Positions 53,933-62,749 are shown, counted from the first letter of the stretch. The stretch: DNA of 64,000 nt from Nitrospirota bacterium (GCA_021814615.1 JAKAHZ010000003.1:6615-70614); one strand, 5' to 3'. Notes: generated by a model from the letters alone, not told the origin. Made by a program: numbers and translations.

Positions 53933-54394
53933 ATGACCGGGCAGGTGAAATTTTCCCCCCTTGCCATTCATGATGTCGACCGTCTTCTGGAAATGATGAC
54001 CGACTACTACGCCTTCGATCATATCCCCTTTGACCCGGAGGCGGCACGAAGGGCGGTGCGGCAGCTCCTGGCCGATCCCGGCCTCGGCAGGGCATGGCTG
54101 ATCGAGTCGGCCGGCGGCGCGATCGGCTATGTGTTCCTGACCTTCGGCTACATCCTGGAGTTCGGCGGGAAGGACGCCTTTGTGGACGAGCTCTACCTCA
54201 TTCCCGCATTCCGCTCCCGGGGAATCGGCGGGCAGGCGCTGACGTTTGTGGAAACTGAGGCGAGGAAGCTCGGCATCCGCGCGCTCAGGCTGGAGGTGTC
54301 CCGGGACAATCTGCAGGCGCTGGAGCTGTATCGGAAACGGGGATTCGCCGTTCATGACCGGTACCTGATGACGAAGGTGTTGTCCGACAGCTGA
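53933..54394 (+). CDS. GNAT N-acetyltransferase
   Basis: DELYLIPAFRSRGIGGQALTFVE...LEVSRDNLQALELYRKRGF. Confidence 0.8.
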   Translation: MTGQVKFSPLAIHDVDRLLEMMTDYYAFDHIPFDPEAARRAVRQLLADPGLGRAWLIESAGGAIGYVFLTFGYILEFGGKDAFVDELYLIPAFRSRGIGGQALTFVETEARKLGIRALRLEVSRDNLQALELYRKRGFAVHDRYLMTKVLSDS

Positions 54395-54437
54395 TGAATC
54401 TCCTCCGACCGGCCCGGCTTGCCAAGGGATGCTTTCG

Positions 54438-55406
54438 TCACGCCGCCTTGCGCAGGTCCGGCGGACGGGACGTGGACGCAACTAGGCCGTTCTCCCGCAT
54501 CCACTCCACGATCATGCCGGCGACCCTGCCGGGATTGTCTTCCTGCAGATAGTGCAGGCTCCGTCCGAACCGGCGGATGGTGAGCTGCGGCAGGCGCGCG
54601 GAGAGCGCGATGAGCCGGTATTCGGTGTTCGAGGTGATGATCGCTCCGGGATCTGCCTTGATCCACATGACCGGACAGACGAGGGCTTTCAGCGTCTTGT
54701 CCAACTCGTCGAAAAACCGCCGGCTCGCTTCCGGTCTGCCGGCGATCGGGATGAGCGCCGGGAAGACGGCCATCGCCTTGCGCGAGCGCAGGGTAGGGAA
54801 AGGGGCGCGGTAGCGCTGCATGATCTCGGGTGTCAGGTGGTCCCGCTCGGCGACGCTGCCGGGCAGGATCACGTTCACGAAGAGGTTCATCGTCCGGTTC
54901 AGGAACCGGCCGGCAGGCGTGCGGAGGAGACGGAAGGCGGGGGCGAAGCTGCCGAAATCCTTCCACGACGTGTCCCAGAGGAATGTCTCCATGAGCACCA
55001 CGCCCCTCACGTTCTTTGCGTGGCCTCCGGCATAGCGCATGCCGAGCGGTCCCCCCCAGTCGTGCAGCACGAGCACCACGTCCTCGAGCCCCAGCTCTTC
55101 GATGAAGCCTTCGACAATGGTCGCGTGCAGGTCCAGGGAATAGTCCACATCCGAGGGCTTGTCCGATGCGCCGAATCCCAGGAGGTCCAGTGCAATGGCC
55201 CGCCCGCCCGTGGCCCTTGCGACCTCCGGCAGGATGTTCCTCCAGAGATAGGACGACGTGGGATTCCCGTGAATGAAGAGGACCGGTTTTCCCGATCCTT
55301 CCTCGATGTAATGAATGCGGTGTCGGCCGACATGGGTATGTTTGTATTCAAAGGAAAATGCCGCCGAGGGCCGGGGGACCGGTGTTTCGTCACGATTGCT
55401 GTCCAT
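54438..55406 (-). CDS. Haloalkane dehalogenase-like alpha/beta hydrolase
   Basis: VLFIHGNPTSSYLWRNI, nucleophile elbow VLHDWGG, C-terminal HYLQEDNP. Confidence 0.85.
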   Translation of the reverse strand: MDSNRDETPVPRPSAAFSFEYKHTHVGRHRIHYIEEGSGKPVLFIHGNPTSSYLWRNILPEVARATGGRAIALDLLGFGASDKPSDVDYSLDLHATIVEGFIEELGLEDVVLVLHDWGGPLGMRYAGGHAKNVRGVVLMETFLWDTSWKDFGSFAPAFRLLRTPAGRFLNRTMNLFVNVILPGSVAERDHLTPEIMQRYRAPFPTLRSRKAMAVFPALIPIAGRPEASRRFFDELDKTLKALVCPVMWIKADPGAIITSNTEYRLIALSARLPQLTIRRFGRSLHYLQEDNPGRVAGMIVEWMRENGLVASTSRPPDLRKAA

Positions 55407-55449
55407 GTCATGCCTCCCTGCCTGATGCTGTCTGGCTGCTTCAATGAAA

Positions 55450-55491
55450 ACGGCCGGACCGTCGAAGTGTTCTCTTCGGCAGCCCGGCCGT
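55450..55491 (-). terminator. Hairpin terminator downstream of the 55643-55978 gene
   Basis: ACGGCCGG...CCGGCCGT long hairpin with flanking T/A runs. Confidence 0.45.
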
Positions 55492-55642
55492 CTTTTTCCC
55501 TGCTTGCAAAGACCCGAAGCTTTCCGCCCCCTCCTCGCGAAGGGTTTGGTCTTTCGGTGAACGCTTCTGTTAGTTCGAAGCTATCACCGGCTTCCGGAGA
55601 TGTCAAGCGCCTCTCTGTTCGCGGCCTGGAATCGCGTGCAGG

Positions 55643-55978
55643 TCATGGCGTGAGGAGCGCTACGCCGACGGGCCTTGCTTGTTCATCGGCGGCGCGGCGT
55701 TCCGCATCCAGCGCCGTCAGCAATTCGATGCGTCCCTCCGATTGCTTCCAGGCCTTCCGGTAAATGTCCGGCTGCTGCTTCACAACGACGCGGAATGCTC
55801 CCTCTCCGTCGAGCGCCACGGGCATGGCGCCTCCCATTTCTTTCGCGATAATTCCCGCCTGCACGATCGCCCATTCGCTTCCTGTGTTGAAGCCGGTCAC
55901 TTTGCCGATGGAGAACCCGGCAGCAAATCCGGCCAGCACGAACAGGATCACCAATGCCGCTCTGATCGCTATTCTCAT
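55643..55978 (-). CDS. Hypothetical membrane-anchored protein
   Basis: GGGAGGGA RBS, an N-terminal TM helix, no domain recognised. Confidence 0.5.
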   Translation of the reverse strand: MRIAIRAALVILFVLAGFAAGFSIGKVTGFNTGSEWAIVQAGIIAKEMGGAMPVALDGEGAFRVVVKQQPDIYRKAWKQSEGRIELLTALDAERRAADEQARPVGVALLTP

Positions 55979-56236
55979 GTTCCCTCCCAACCCGCAGGAT
56001 GAAATGCATCTGCCTCTAGGATAGCAAAGCTGTTGCCATTTTCGAACTTGTTGATTCTCAAGGGATTGCTCTTGGTGATTTGGCTGCACTGCTCAAACTG
56101 GACTGGTTTACTCGTCAATTTCACCAGGTATGGTTCACGATGAACGCTGAAACGTACAACGTTAGTCGTGCGGCGCAAGGATTCAGATCGGAAATGGGGA
56201 CCGGGAGTATACTTGTTACAGAAAGACGGGCAAGAC

Positions 56237-57358
56237 ATGAATAAGGGTGCTTTCGAGAAGAGATGGCTCGGGCCCATCGGAATGACCGTGGTTGTCGCGC
56301 TTCTCGTCATGAGCCTGGACTCCTGTGGAGGAGGGAACAGCGGCCCAACGGTGCGGACCGTTACGGTCGGATCGCCGCTGGTCGACGCCGTCGCCCGCTT
56401 CGGCTTCAACTATTACCAGGCAACGGTGACGCCCGGCGCGCTCTACAAGGTGAGCATCACGGGGCTGGGCGATGATGCCGATCTCGCCGTGTCCGGCGCG
56501 GACAGTTCCTTCCAGACGCTTGCAACCTGCGCGGTCGATACCACGCCGCAGGCTGGCACCGCTCCCGAGGACTGCATCCTCTTCGCGCCGTCGGGCACGC
56601 TCTACTTCGGCGTGGACGGCGCCTTCGTGGTCTCCTCGTCGGCCGGGTACACCATCGACGTGGAGCCGGTGCCCGCCTTCGACCTTACGCTCTCCCTGCC
56701 CATGGCCGATGCGGTCACCCAGGCCGGAGCGAAGGTCTACCGCGTGAACGGTGCGACCCAGGGCCTGCTGACCGCCGCGATCACGGCCCAGGATAATGAC
56801 GCCGATCTCCATGTGTTCGGAAACGATTCTACGCTTGCGACAAAAGCGGTCTGTTCGCCCGACAACCTGCTCTTCATCGGCACGACACCGGAAGACTGCA
56901 CCTTCTCCTCCTCCGGCGGGAGCGCGTATCTCATCGTCGACGGCCTTTTCAGCACCGCGCCGTCCGCGGGCTATACGGTCCTCGTGGCGCCGGCGCCGGT
57001 CATCGCAAACCCGGCGAACGAAGGATCAACCGCATCGCCGGTGTCTGTTGTCGCCGATGTTCCCGCGACCGGCCAGATGGGCAATGCCGGTACGAGTTAT
57101 TATGCCGTCTCGGGCCTCATCGCGGGCGGCAGGTACACGGTCAGCGTCGTCGGTCTGTCGAGCAACGCCAACCTCGCGGCCTTCGGCGCTGACAGCGCAT
57201 TCCAGACGCCCGCGTCCTGCCTGATCAACAACACCTTCTTTGCCGGGACCATTCCGGAGGCATGCACGCTCGTCTCGCAGGGAGCAACGCTTTTCTTTTC
57301 CGTTGCAGCAGGCCCGGGAAGCGCCACCTATCTTCTCCTCGTCGAGCCGGGGCCGTAG
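56237..57358 (+). CDS. Lipoprotein with three tandem PPC (pre-peptidase C-terminal)-like domains
   Basis: Lipobox LDSC. Three ~95-aa repeats, each with (D/N)ADL(A/H)V(F/S)G, a Cys pair and GYT(I/V) endings. Confidence 0.7.
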   Translation: MNKGAFEKRWLGPIGMTVVVALLVMSLDSCGGGNSGPTVRTVTVGSPLVDAVARFGFNYYQATVTPGALYKVSITGLGDDADLAVSGADSSFQTLATCAVDTTPQAGTAPEDCILFAPSGTLYFGVDGAFVVSSSAGYTIDVEPVPAFDLTLSLPMADAVTQAGAKVYRVNGATQGLLTAAITAQDNDADLHVFGNDSTLATKAVCSPDNLLFIGTTPEDCTFSSSGGSAYLIVDGLFSTAPSAGYTVLVAPAPVIANPANEGSTASPVSVVADVPATGQMGNAGTSYYAVSGLIAGGRYTVSVVGLSSNANLAAFGADSAFQTPASCLINNTFFAGTIPEACTLVSQGATLFFSVAAGPGSATYLLLVEPGP

Positions 57359-57398
57359 CGGGTGCCGGGGACGGGACGCACTGTTGTATACTTGATCT

Positions 57399-58118
57399 AT
57401 GATCCCCCTCAAAGACACGATCCCGCGATGGACCTTCCCCGTCGTCACCGTTGCGATCATTGCCGTGAACAGCGTGCTGTTCCTCTTCGAGCAGATGCTG
57501 CCCGAGGATGCGCTGAATGAAGTCATCTACCTCTTCGGCCTGGTGCCGGCGCGCTACAGCCATCCGGAATGGGCCGTGCTCGCCGGTTTGCCCCTCGACA
57601 CGTTCTGGCCTTTCGTGACGAACATGTTCCTTCACGGAGGGTGGCTGCATCTGATCATGAACATGTGGTCCCTCTGGATTTTCGGGGACAATGTGGAGGA
57701 GCGGCTCGGCCGTGTCCGGTTCCTGCTCTTCTATTTCCTCGCCGGTATCGCTGCGAATATCGTCCAGTTCGTCGTGAACAGCGACGCCACGGTGCCGGTC
57801 ATCGGAGCGTCGGGCGCCATCGCGGGGGTCATGGCAGCGTATCTGCGGCTCTTTCCTTATGCCCGGCTTCTGGTCGTGATCCCCATCATCATCATCCCCT
57901 ATATCGTCGAGATCCCGGCCGTCTTCTTCATAGCCTTCTGGTTCCTCATGCAGCTCTTTTCCGGCGCCGCGGCGCTCGTTGTCAAGAGCGGGGAAGGCAT
58001 CGCCTGGTGGGCGCATGTCGGCGGATTCGCCGTGGGGTTCTGGATGGTCAGGCCGTTCTGCAGCAGGCGGCTCGGCGGCTGCAGGAGCGACGAATTTACA
58101 CGCCAGGCGTTTCGGTAG
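57399..58118 (+). CDS. Rhomboid-family intramembrane serine protease
   Basis: HGGWLHLIMNMW, GASGAIAG catalytic Ser and a downstream AHVGG His. Confidence 0.9.
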   Translation: MIPLKDTIPRWTFPVVTVAIIAVNSVLFLFEQMLPEDALNEVIYLFGLVPARYSHPEWAVLAGLPLDTFWPFVTNMFLHGGWLHLIMNMWSLWIFGDNVEERLGRVRFLLFYFLAGIAANIVQFVVNSDATVPVIGASGAIAGVMAAYLRLFPYARLLVVIPIIIIPYIVEIPAVFFIAFWFLMQLFSGAAALVVKSGEGIAWWAHVGGFAVGFWMVRPFCSRRLGGCRSDEFTRQAFR

Positions 58119-58130
58119 GCAATCAGTGCG

Positions 58131-58375
58131 AGGTACCAAGTACCAAGTACGAGTTTCACGTTCAGAGATCAAAGGGAAGCATCCGTGCAAGGAATTAAAT
58201 CATTTCACCGCGAAGACGCGAAGGGCGCGAAGAAAAGGAAAATAAGCTGGTTATCATCCTTCAAGAGGGTCATTCAACGCTGATAGACGCAGATTCATTA
58301 TGAGATACGCTGAAGTATGGCTTATCAGCGGTTATCATATGTTCTTCATGACGTTTCTGCGTTGAATGAATTGTA
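58131..58375. repeat. Composite word-repeat region
   Basis: GGTACCAAGTACCAAGTAC (58131-58149). CACCGCGAAGACGCGAAGGGCGCGAAG (58206-58232). TCATTCAACGC...GCGTTGAATGA inverted pair with ACGCTGATAGACGCAGAT / CTTATCAGCGGTTATCAT words. Confidence 0.5.
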
Positions 58376-58465
58376 CTTAATGGTGGGACGGCCAGTTCTT
58401 GACATACGCTGCTGATTGTTCTATGCTCCCCGGGTCGGATCTCATCACCGATATCCAAAACCATC

Positions 58466-59257
58466 ATGTCCACGGAACTTCAGCCTCTCGATATCACCGT
58501 CAGCGGAAAACGCGTGCATGTCCGGACCGGCGGCGCAGGACCGGCGCTGCTCCTGCTGCATGCCGCCTGGGGCGACGCGGAAATGAGCTGGCAGCGCGTC
58601 TGGAGCGATCTCAGCCGGTCCTTTACGGTCATCGCTCCCGACATGCCGGGATTCGGCTTGTCCGAGGCATTGAAGCAGCCGACACTTCACGACAGCGTGG
58701 TGCTGCTTCGGGACCTGCTCGTCGAACGGAATGCGGGACCGGCGATCGTGGTCGGCAATTCCTTCGGCGCAGCGGTTGCCATCGAGTTTACAGCGACCTT
58801 TCCCGAACAGACCCGCAGCCTCGTGCTTGTGAACGGCTCCTCCCTGCCCGCGATCCCCGGCTTCCTGCGCAAGCTCGTTCTGCTGCCCGCCCTTGCCCGG
58901 CGTTTCCGCGCCCTCATGCGGAACATGACCTATTCGGACAAGGCTTTTGCGCGGGCATTCCCCGATCCCGCGCTCCTGCCGCCGGGATTCATCGACCGGA
59001 TCCGGCGGAACGAGGAACAGCAGGCGCGCGTCGTATTCGAGACGTTCATCAATCAGCGGAGGCAGCAGAAGCGGCCGCAGGTCCGGGCTTCGATCATCTG
59101 GGGTACCGGAGACCGGCTCGTTCCTGCAAAACAGGCTGAACGGCTCAGGCACTGGCTCGGAGCGGAGGCGATCATTCCTATCCACGGCGCCGGGCATATG
59201 CCCCAGGTGGAGCGGCCGGAGGCGTTCGCGGAGGCCTTGCGGCAGGCGGCGAAGTGA
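58466..59257 (+). CDS. Alpha/beta hydrolase
   Basis: LLLLHAAWG, GNSFGA nucleophile elbow, GAGHMPQVERPE. Confidence 0.85.
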   Translation: MSTELQPLDITVSGKRVHVRTGGAGPALLLLHAAWGDAEMSWQRVWSDLSRSFTVIAPDMPGFGLSEALKQPTLHDSVVLLRDLLVERNAGPAIVVGNSFGAAVAIEFTATFPEQTRSLVLVNGSSLPAIPGFLRKLVLLPALARRFRALMRNMTYSDKAFARAFPDPALLPPGFIDRIRRNEEQQARVVFETFINQRRQQKRPQVRASIIWGTGDRLVPAKQAERLRHWLGAEAIIPIHGAGHMPQVERPEAFAEALRQAAK

Positions 59258-59298
59258 TTCAGGGCAAAGAGGGGAAACAGACGGCAAGGACCATTCGA

Positions 59299-59433
59299 AC
59301 CACGAAGTACACGAAGTACACGAAGACATCCAATGGATTCCGAATTTCCCGGCACTCTCGTCGCGCTTCGCGGTGAAGGCATCCACCTATCTTCGCGCAA
59401 GACATTTCTTCGTGCTCTTCGTGATCTTCGTGG
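59299..59433. repeat. 135-bp palindromic element: 3x CACGAAG arm / 3x CTTCGTG arm
   Basis: ACCACGAAGTACACGAAGTACACGAAGAC (59299-59327) and TTCTTCGTGCTCTTCGTGATCTTCGTGGT (59407-59433), separated by 79 nt. Confidence 0.65.
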
Positions 59434-59523
59434 TAAAGCGTTTGTCTTTGGTGTTTATCAGCGTTAGATTTGTTTGGGCGAAGTATGCTGCGAGCGTCGC
59501 TCGGCATGGATCGGAGAACAGGA

Positions 59524-60504
59524 ATGAAGAAGAGGCTGGTCGTTTTATGCGGCATTCTCCTGCTGCTGGTGTTCGGCTGCAGCAGGCAGCGCACCTTCCA
59601 GAAGACCGAGTCCATCATGGGCACGAACGTGACGATCACCGTGGTGAGCGAGGATCCCGCGGCTGCGAATGCGGCGATCGACGCAGGCATGGCGGAGGTG
59701 CACCGGCTGGACGAGATGATGTCGCTGTACAAGGACACGAGCGAGATCACGCAGGTGAACCTGGCAGCCGGCGAGCATCCGGTCAAGGTTTCGCCGGAGA
59801 TGATCGAGGTGGTCGGGGCCGCCGACCGGGTGTCGAAGCTTTCCGGCGGGGTCTTCGATCTCACCGTGGGGCCGCTCGTGGTCCTCTGGCAGATGAAGCT
59901 CAAAGAGAACCAGATCCCCACGGATGCGGAGATCGGCCGGATCAGGAAGCTCGTGGATTATCGGAACATCGTTGCGGACCGGAAGGCGTCGACGCTGTTT
60001 CTCAAGAAGAAAGGCATGATCCTGGATTTCGGCGGCATGAAGGGATACATCGCCGACCGCGTGGCGGAGGTGGTCAAAAAGCGGAGGATAACAAACGCGC
60101 TGATCGCGCTGGCTGGGGACATCTGGGCGCTCGGCAAGCGCGAGGACGGCACTCCCTGGCGGATCGGCGTTCAGCATCCCCGGGAGAAGGACAAGGTGCT
60201 GACCGTACTGGAGCTGTCGGATAAGTACGTTTCAACATCAGGGGACTATGAGCGGTTCGTGATCCGGGAGAAGAAACGGTATCACCACATCATCGATCCC
60301 CGGACCGGAAAGCCGTCAAAAGGCGTGATCTCGGTGACCCTCGTGGGGAACAAGGGGGCCTTCATCGATCCGCTCGCCAAGGCTCCTTTTATCCTGGGGC
60401 CGGAAAAGGGGATGGCGATCGTGAAGCAGCAGGGCGCCGAGGCGATCATTGTGGATGAGAACGGCGTCGTCACCACAACGTCGGGGATTGTGCTGGAGAA
60501 GTGA
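59524..60504 (+). CDS. apbE: FAD:protein FMN transferase ApbE (lipoprotein)
   Basis: Lipobox VFGC, IMGTNVTI, GGVFDLTVGPL, DFGGMKGY, VSTSGDYERF and YHHIIDPRTG. Confidence 0.9.
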   Translation: MKKRLVVLCGILLLLVFGCSRQRTFQKTESIMGTNVTITVVSEDPAAANAAIDAGMAEVHRLDEMMSLYKDTSEITQVNLAAGEHPVKVSPEMIEVVGAADRVSKLSGGVFDLTVGPLVVLWQMKLKENQIPTDAEIGRIRKLVDYRNIVADRKASTLFLKKKGMILDFGGMKGYIADRVAEVVKKRRITNALIALAGDIWALGKREDGTPWRIGVQHPREKDKVLTVLELSDKYVSTSGDYERFVIREKKRYHHIIDPRTGKPSKGVISVTLVGNKGAFIDPLAKAPFILGPEKGMAIVKQQGAEAIIVDENGVVTTTSGIVLEK

Positions 60505-61202
60505 GAACGCCGGCAAGGCGATACGGCGAAGGGCGTCTCGCGCAGAGCCGCAGAGAAAGAATAATCAAGAAATTCCCTGGATCCCCGATAGGATCATTCG
60601 GGGACCGCGATCAAGGGCCAGATCGGAGCTTATCCGAGTTCATCTGTGTCCATTCAGACTTCGTGTATCTGTCTTTTCAAAAGCCCCTGCATCCCGTGAG
60701 CAGGATCGCGCGCGCGCATGCGACCTGCCGCAGAGATAGGAAAAACCACGGAGCCATGCAGACACGGCCGAGCCCGATATCGGGCGAGGGGAAGTGCTGC
60801 GAAGGCAGATGATGCTGAGTACGAAGAGAAACCCGGCATGCCTGCGCGGCCTGCGAACCGGGATGCAGAAAAAAGAACAGGATCGTGAACGTCAGCGGCC
60901 AAAAAAGGGCACCTGGCGATCATCCTGATCTGTCATGCTCGGTCGTCCTCAGGGCATTTCGGAAACTCGCCCTGCGGGCTTCGGACATCCGGACTGCGCC
61001 TGACGGGAATGATCGCATGGGGACGGTGACAACGGTAAAGATCCGTAGTTGATTGGAATGATCCGCCGTTATCCGCGTTCATCCGCGTCCCATTTGTTTT
61101 TGCATCTTCTCGAAGATCCTCGCCTCGTCCGTGTCCCAAAAGCATTTCTTTGGGTCTTGGTGTCTTCGCGGCAAAACTCTTTTATCCGCGCCCTTACCTC
61201 TT

Positions 61203-62384
61203 TCAGGCTTTCATCATCCTTCTCATCGCATTCCCCAGCCGTTCGATCCCGATGCCGATCGTCGCTTCATCCACGCAGGAGAAATTGATCCGCATGGTCC
61301 GCGTGCGCGTGCGGTTCACGTAGAAGGGATCGCCGGGCACGAAGACCACGTTCTCCTTGACCGCCAGCTCGAAGAGGTCGAGGCTGGCCAGGCCTTCCGG
61401 CAGCTCGGCCCAGACGAACATGCCGCCCTCGGGATGGGTGTGGCGCACCTCTGCGGGGAATTGCCGCTCCATGGCGCTAAGCATGGCTCTGCACTGCCTG
61501 CCGTAGGCGTCGCGGATCACGGCGATGTGCCGGTCGATGTCGTTGTCCTCGAGGTACTGGCGGATGATCGCCTGGGGCAGGTGGCTTGTATGCAGGTCCG
61601 CTGCCTGCTTTGCGATCACGAGCTTGTCCATGAGCGGTTTGGGCGCAACGATCCAACCGAGCCGGAATCCCGGCACCACGGTCTTGGAAAAGGAGCCAAG
61701 CATCACGGTCTGCTTCGGCAGGTACTGCTTGAAGGAGCGTTTGGCCTCGCCCGAGAACCGGAGCTCGCCGTAGGGATCGTCCTCGATCAGGACCGTGCCG
61801 CTCTTCGCCAGGAGCTCGGCTACCGCCCGGCGGTTTTCGTCGGAATAGGTGATGCCCGAGGGATTCTGGAAGTTCGGCACCGTGTACATGAGCTTGGGTT
61901 TCTGCTGCAGCGCTTGCGACAGCCGTACCGTGTCCATGCCCGCGTCCGAAACAGGCACCGGCAGGAACGCGGGCCGATAGAGCGAGAAGGCCTGGATCGC
62001 GCCCAGATACCCGGGTTCCTCGATCACCAAGCCTTCGCCTTCGTTCAGGATCACCTTGCCCAGGAGGTCCAGCCCCTGCTGCGATCCGTTGGTGATCAGG
62101 ATCTCGTCGACCGCAACGTCGAGGCCGAGCCGGGTGCGGTACCGGCCGGCGATATATTCGCGCAGCTTCACCGACCCCTCGGAGTTTCCGTACTGGAACA
62201 CGTCCCTGCCTTCCTTGTCGATGACCTTGACGGTCGCGGCCTTGATCTCCTCGACGGGAAAAAGGTCGCGGTTCGGCAGGCCGCCGGCAAAGGAAATGAC
62301 GTTCGGCTGGAGCGCGGTCTTCAGGATCTCCCGGATGAAGGAGCGGGGAACGTCGGCGATGCGGTCGGAGAAGAGGTTGTTCAT
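61203..62384 (-). CDS. PLP-dependent aminotransferase, class I/II (2-aminoadipate/LysN-like)
   Basis: ISFAGGLPN, NFQNPSG and SFSKTVVPGFRLGW (PLP Lys). Confidence 0.9.
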   Translation of the reverse strand: MNNLFSDRIADVPRSFIREILKTALQPNVISFAGGLPNRDLFPVEEIKAATVKVIDKEGRDVFQYGNSEGSVKLREYIAGRYRTRLGLDVAVDEILITNGSQQGLDLLGKVILNEGEGLVIEEPGYLGAIQAFSLYRPAFLPVPVSDAGMDTVRLSQALQQKPKLMYTVPNFQNPSGITYSDENRRAVAELLAKSGTVLIEDDPYGELRFSGEAKRSFKQYLPKQTVMLGSFSKTVVPGFRLGWIVAPKPLMDKLVIAKQAADLHTSHLPQAIIRQYLEDNDIDRHIAVIRDAYGRQCRAMLSAMERQFPAEVRHTHPEGGMFVWAELPEGLASLDLFELAVKENVVFVPGDPFYVNRTRTRTMRINFSCVDEATIGIGIERLGNAMRRMMKA

Positions 62385-62658
62385 GGAGGATTCCTTTTGT
62401 CTGCCACGAAGTCACGAGGTCGCAAAGAAGACCTGTCCGCAGACCGATCGAATGGAATTAGGAAGAAACTACTTCATTTTTGGGAAATTGACAAGGGGAA
62501 GAATGCAGTCTGGCTTCTCCCTGTCCAAATAACATGCACATGCCGAAAAATCAGGCAGGCAAGCGCGGAATTCCCTTTCGAAGCGATTGATTTTTCATTA
62601 AAGAGGATTGGCAGCGTCTTTGCTTCATTATCGATGAAATCGTAATAAGTCAAGATTT

Positions 62659-62749
62659 GCCACAGAGCACACAGAGGTAAATCTTTACAAGATTGAAATT
62701 ATTCCTCTGTGTCCTCTGTGACTAAGTAGATTTTTTAACGAGTCCATCA
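62659..62749. repeat. Word-stutter palindrome plus conserved tail (twin of 45474-45585)
   Basis: Arms GCCACAGAGCACACAGAGG and CCTCTGTGTCCTCTGTGAC. Tail AGATTTTTTAACGAGTCCATCA. Confidence 0.6.

Noticed and set aside
60654-61145. ORFs 60654-60923(-) and 60933-61145(-) as genes
   Set aside because: No RBS and biased Arg/Ala/Pro composition. They overlap recognisable repeat fragments. The region is treated as non-coding.
13901-62749. Possibility that the short tandem words are CRISPR arrays
   Set aside because: There is no constant 25-40-nt repeat alternating with unique spacers. Units are 7-10 nt, only 2-3 copies occur per site, and no cas genes are present.
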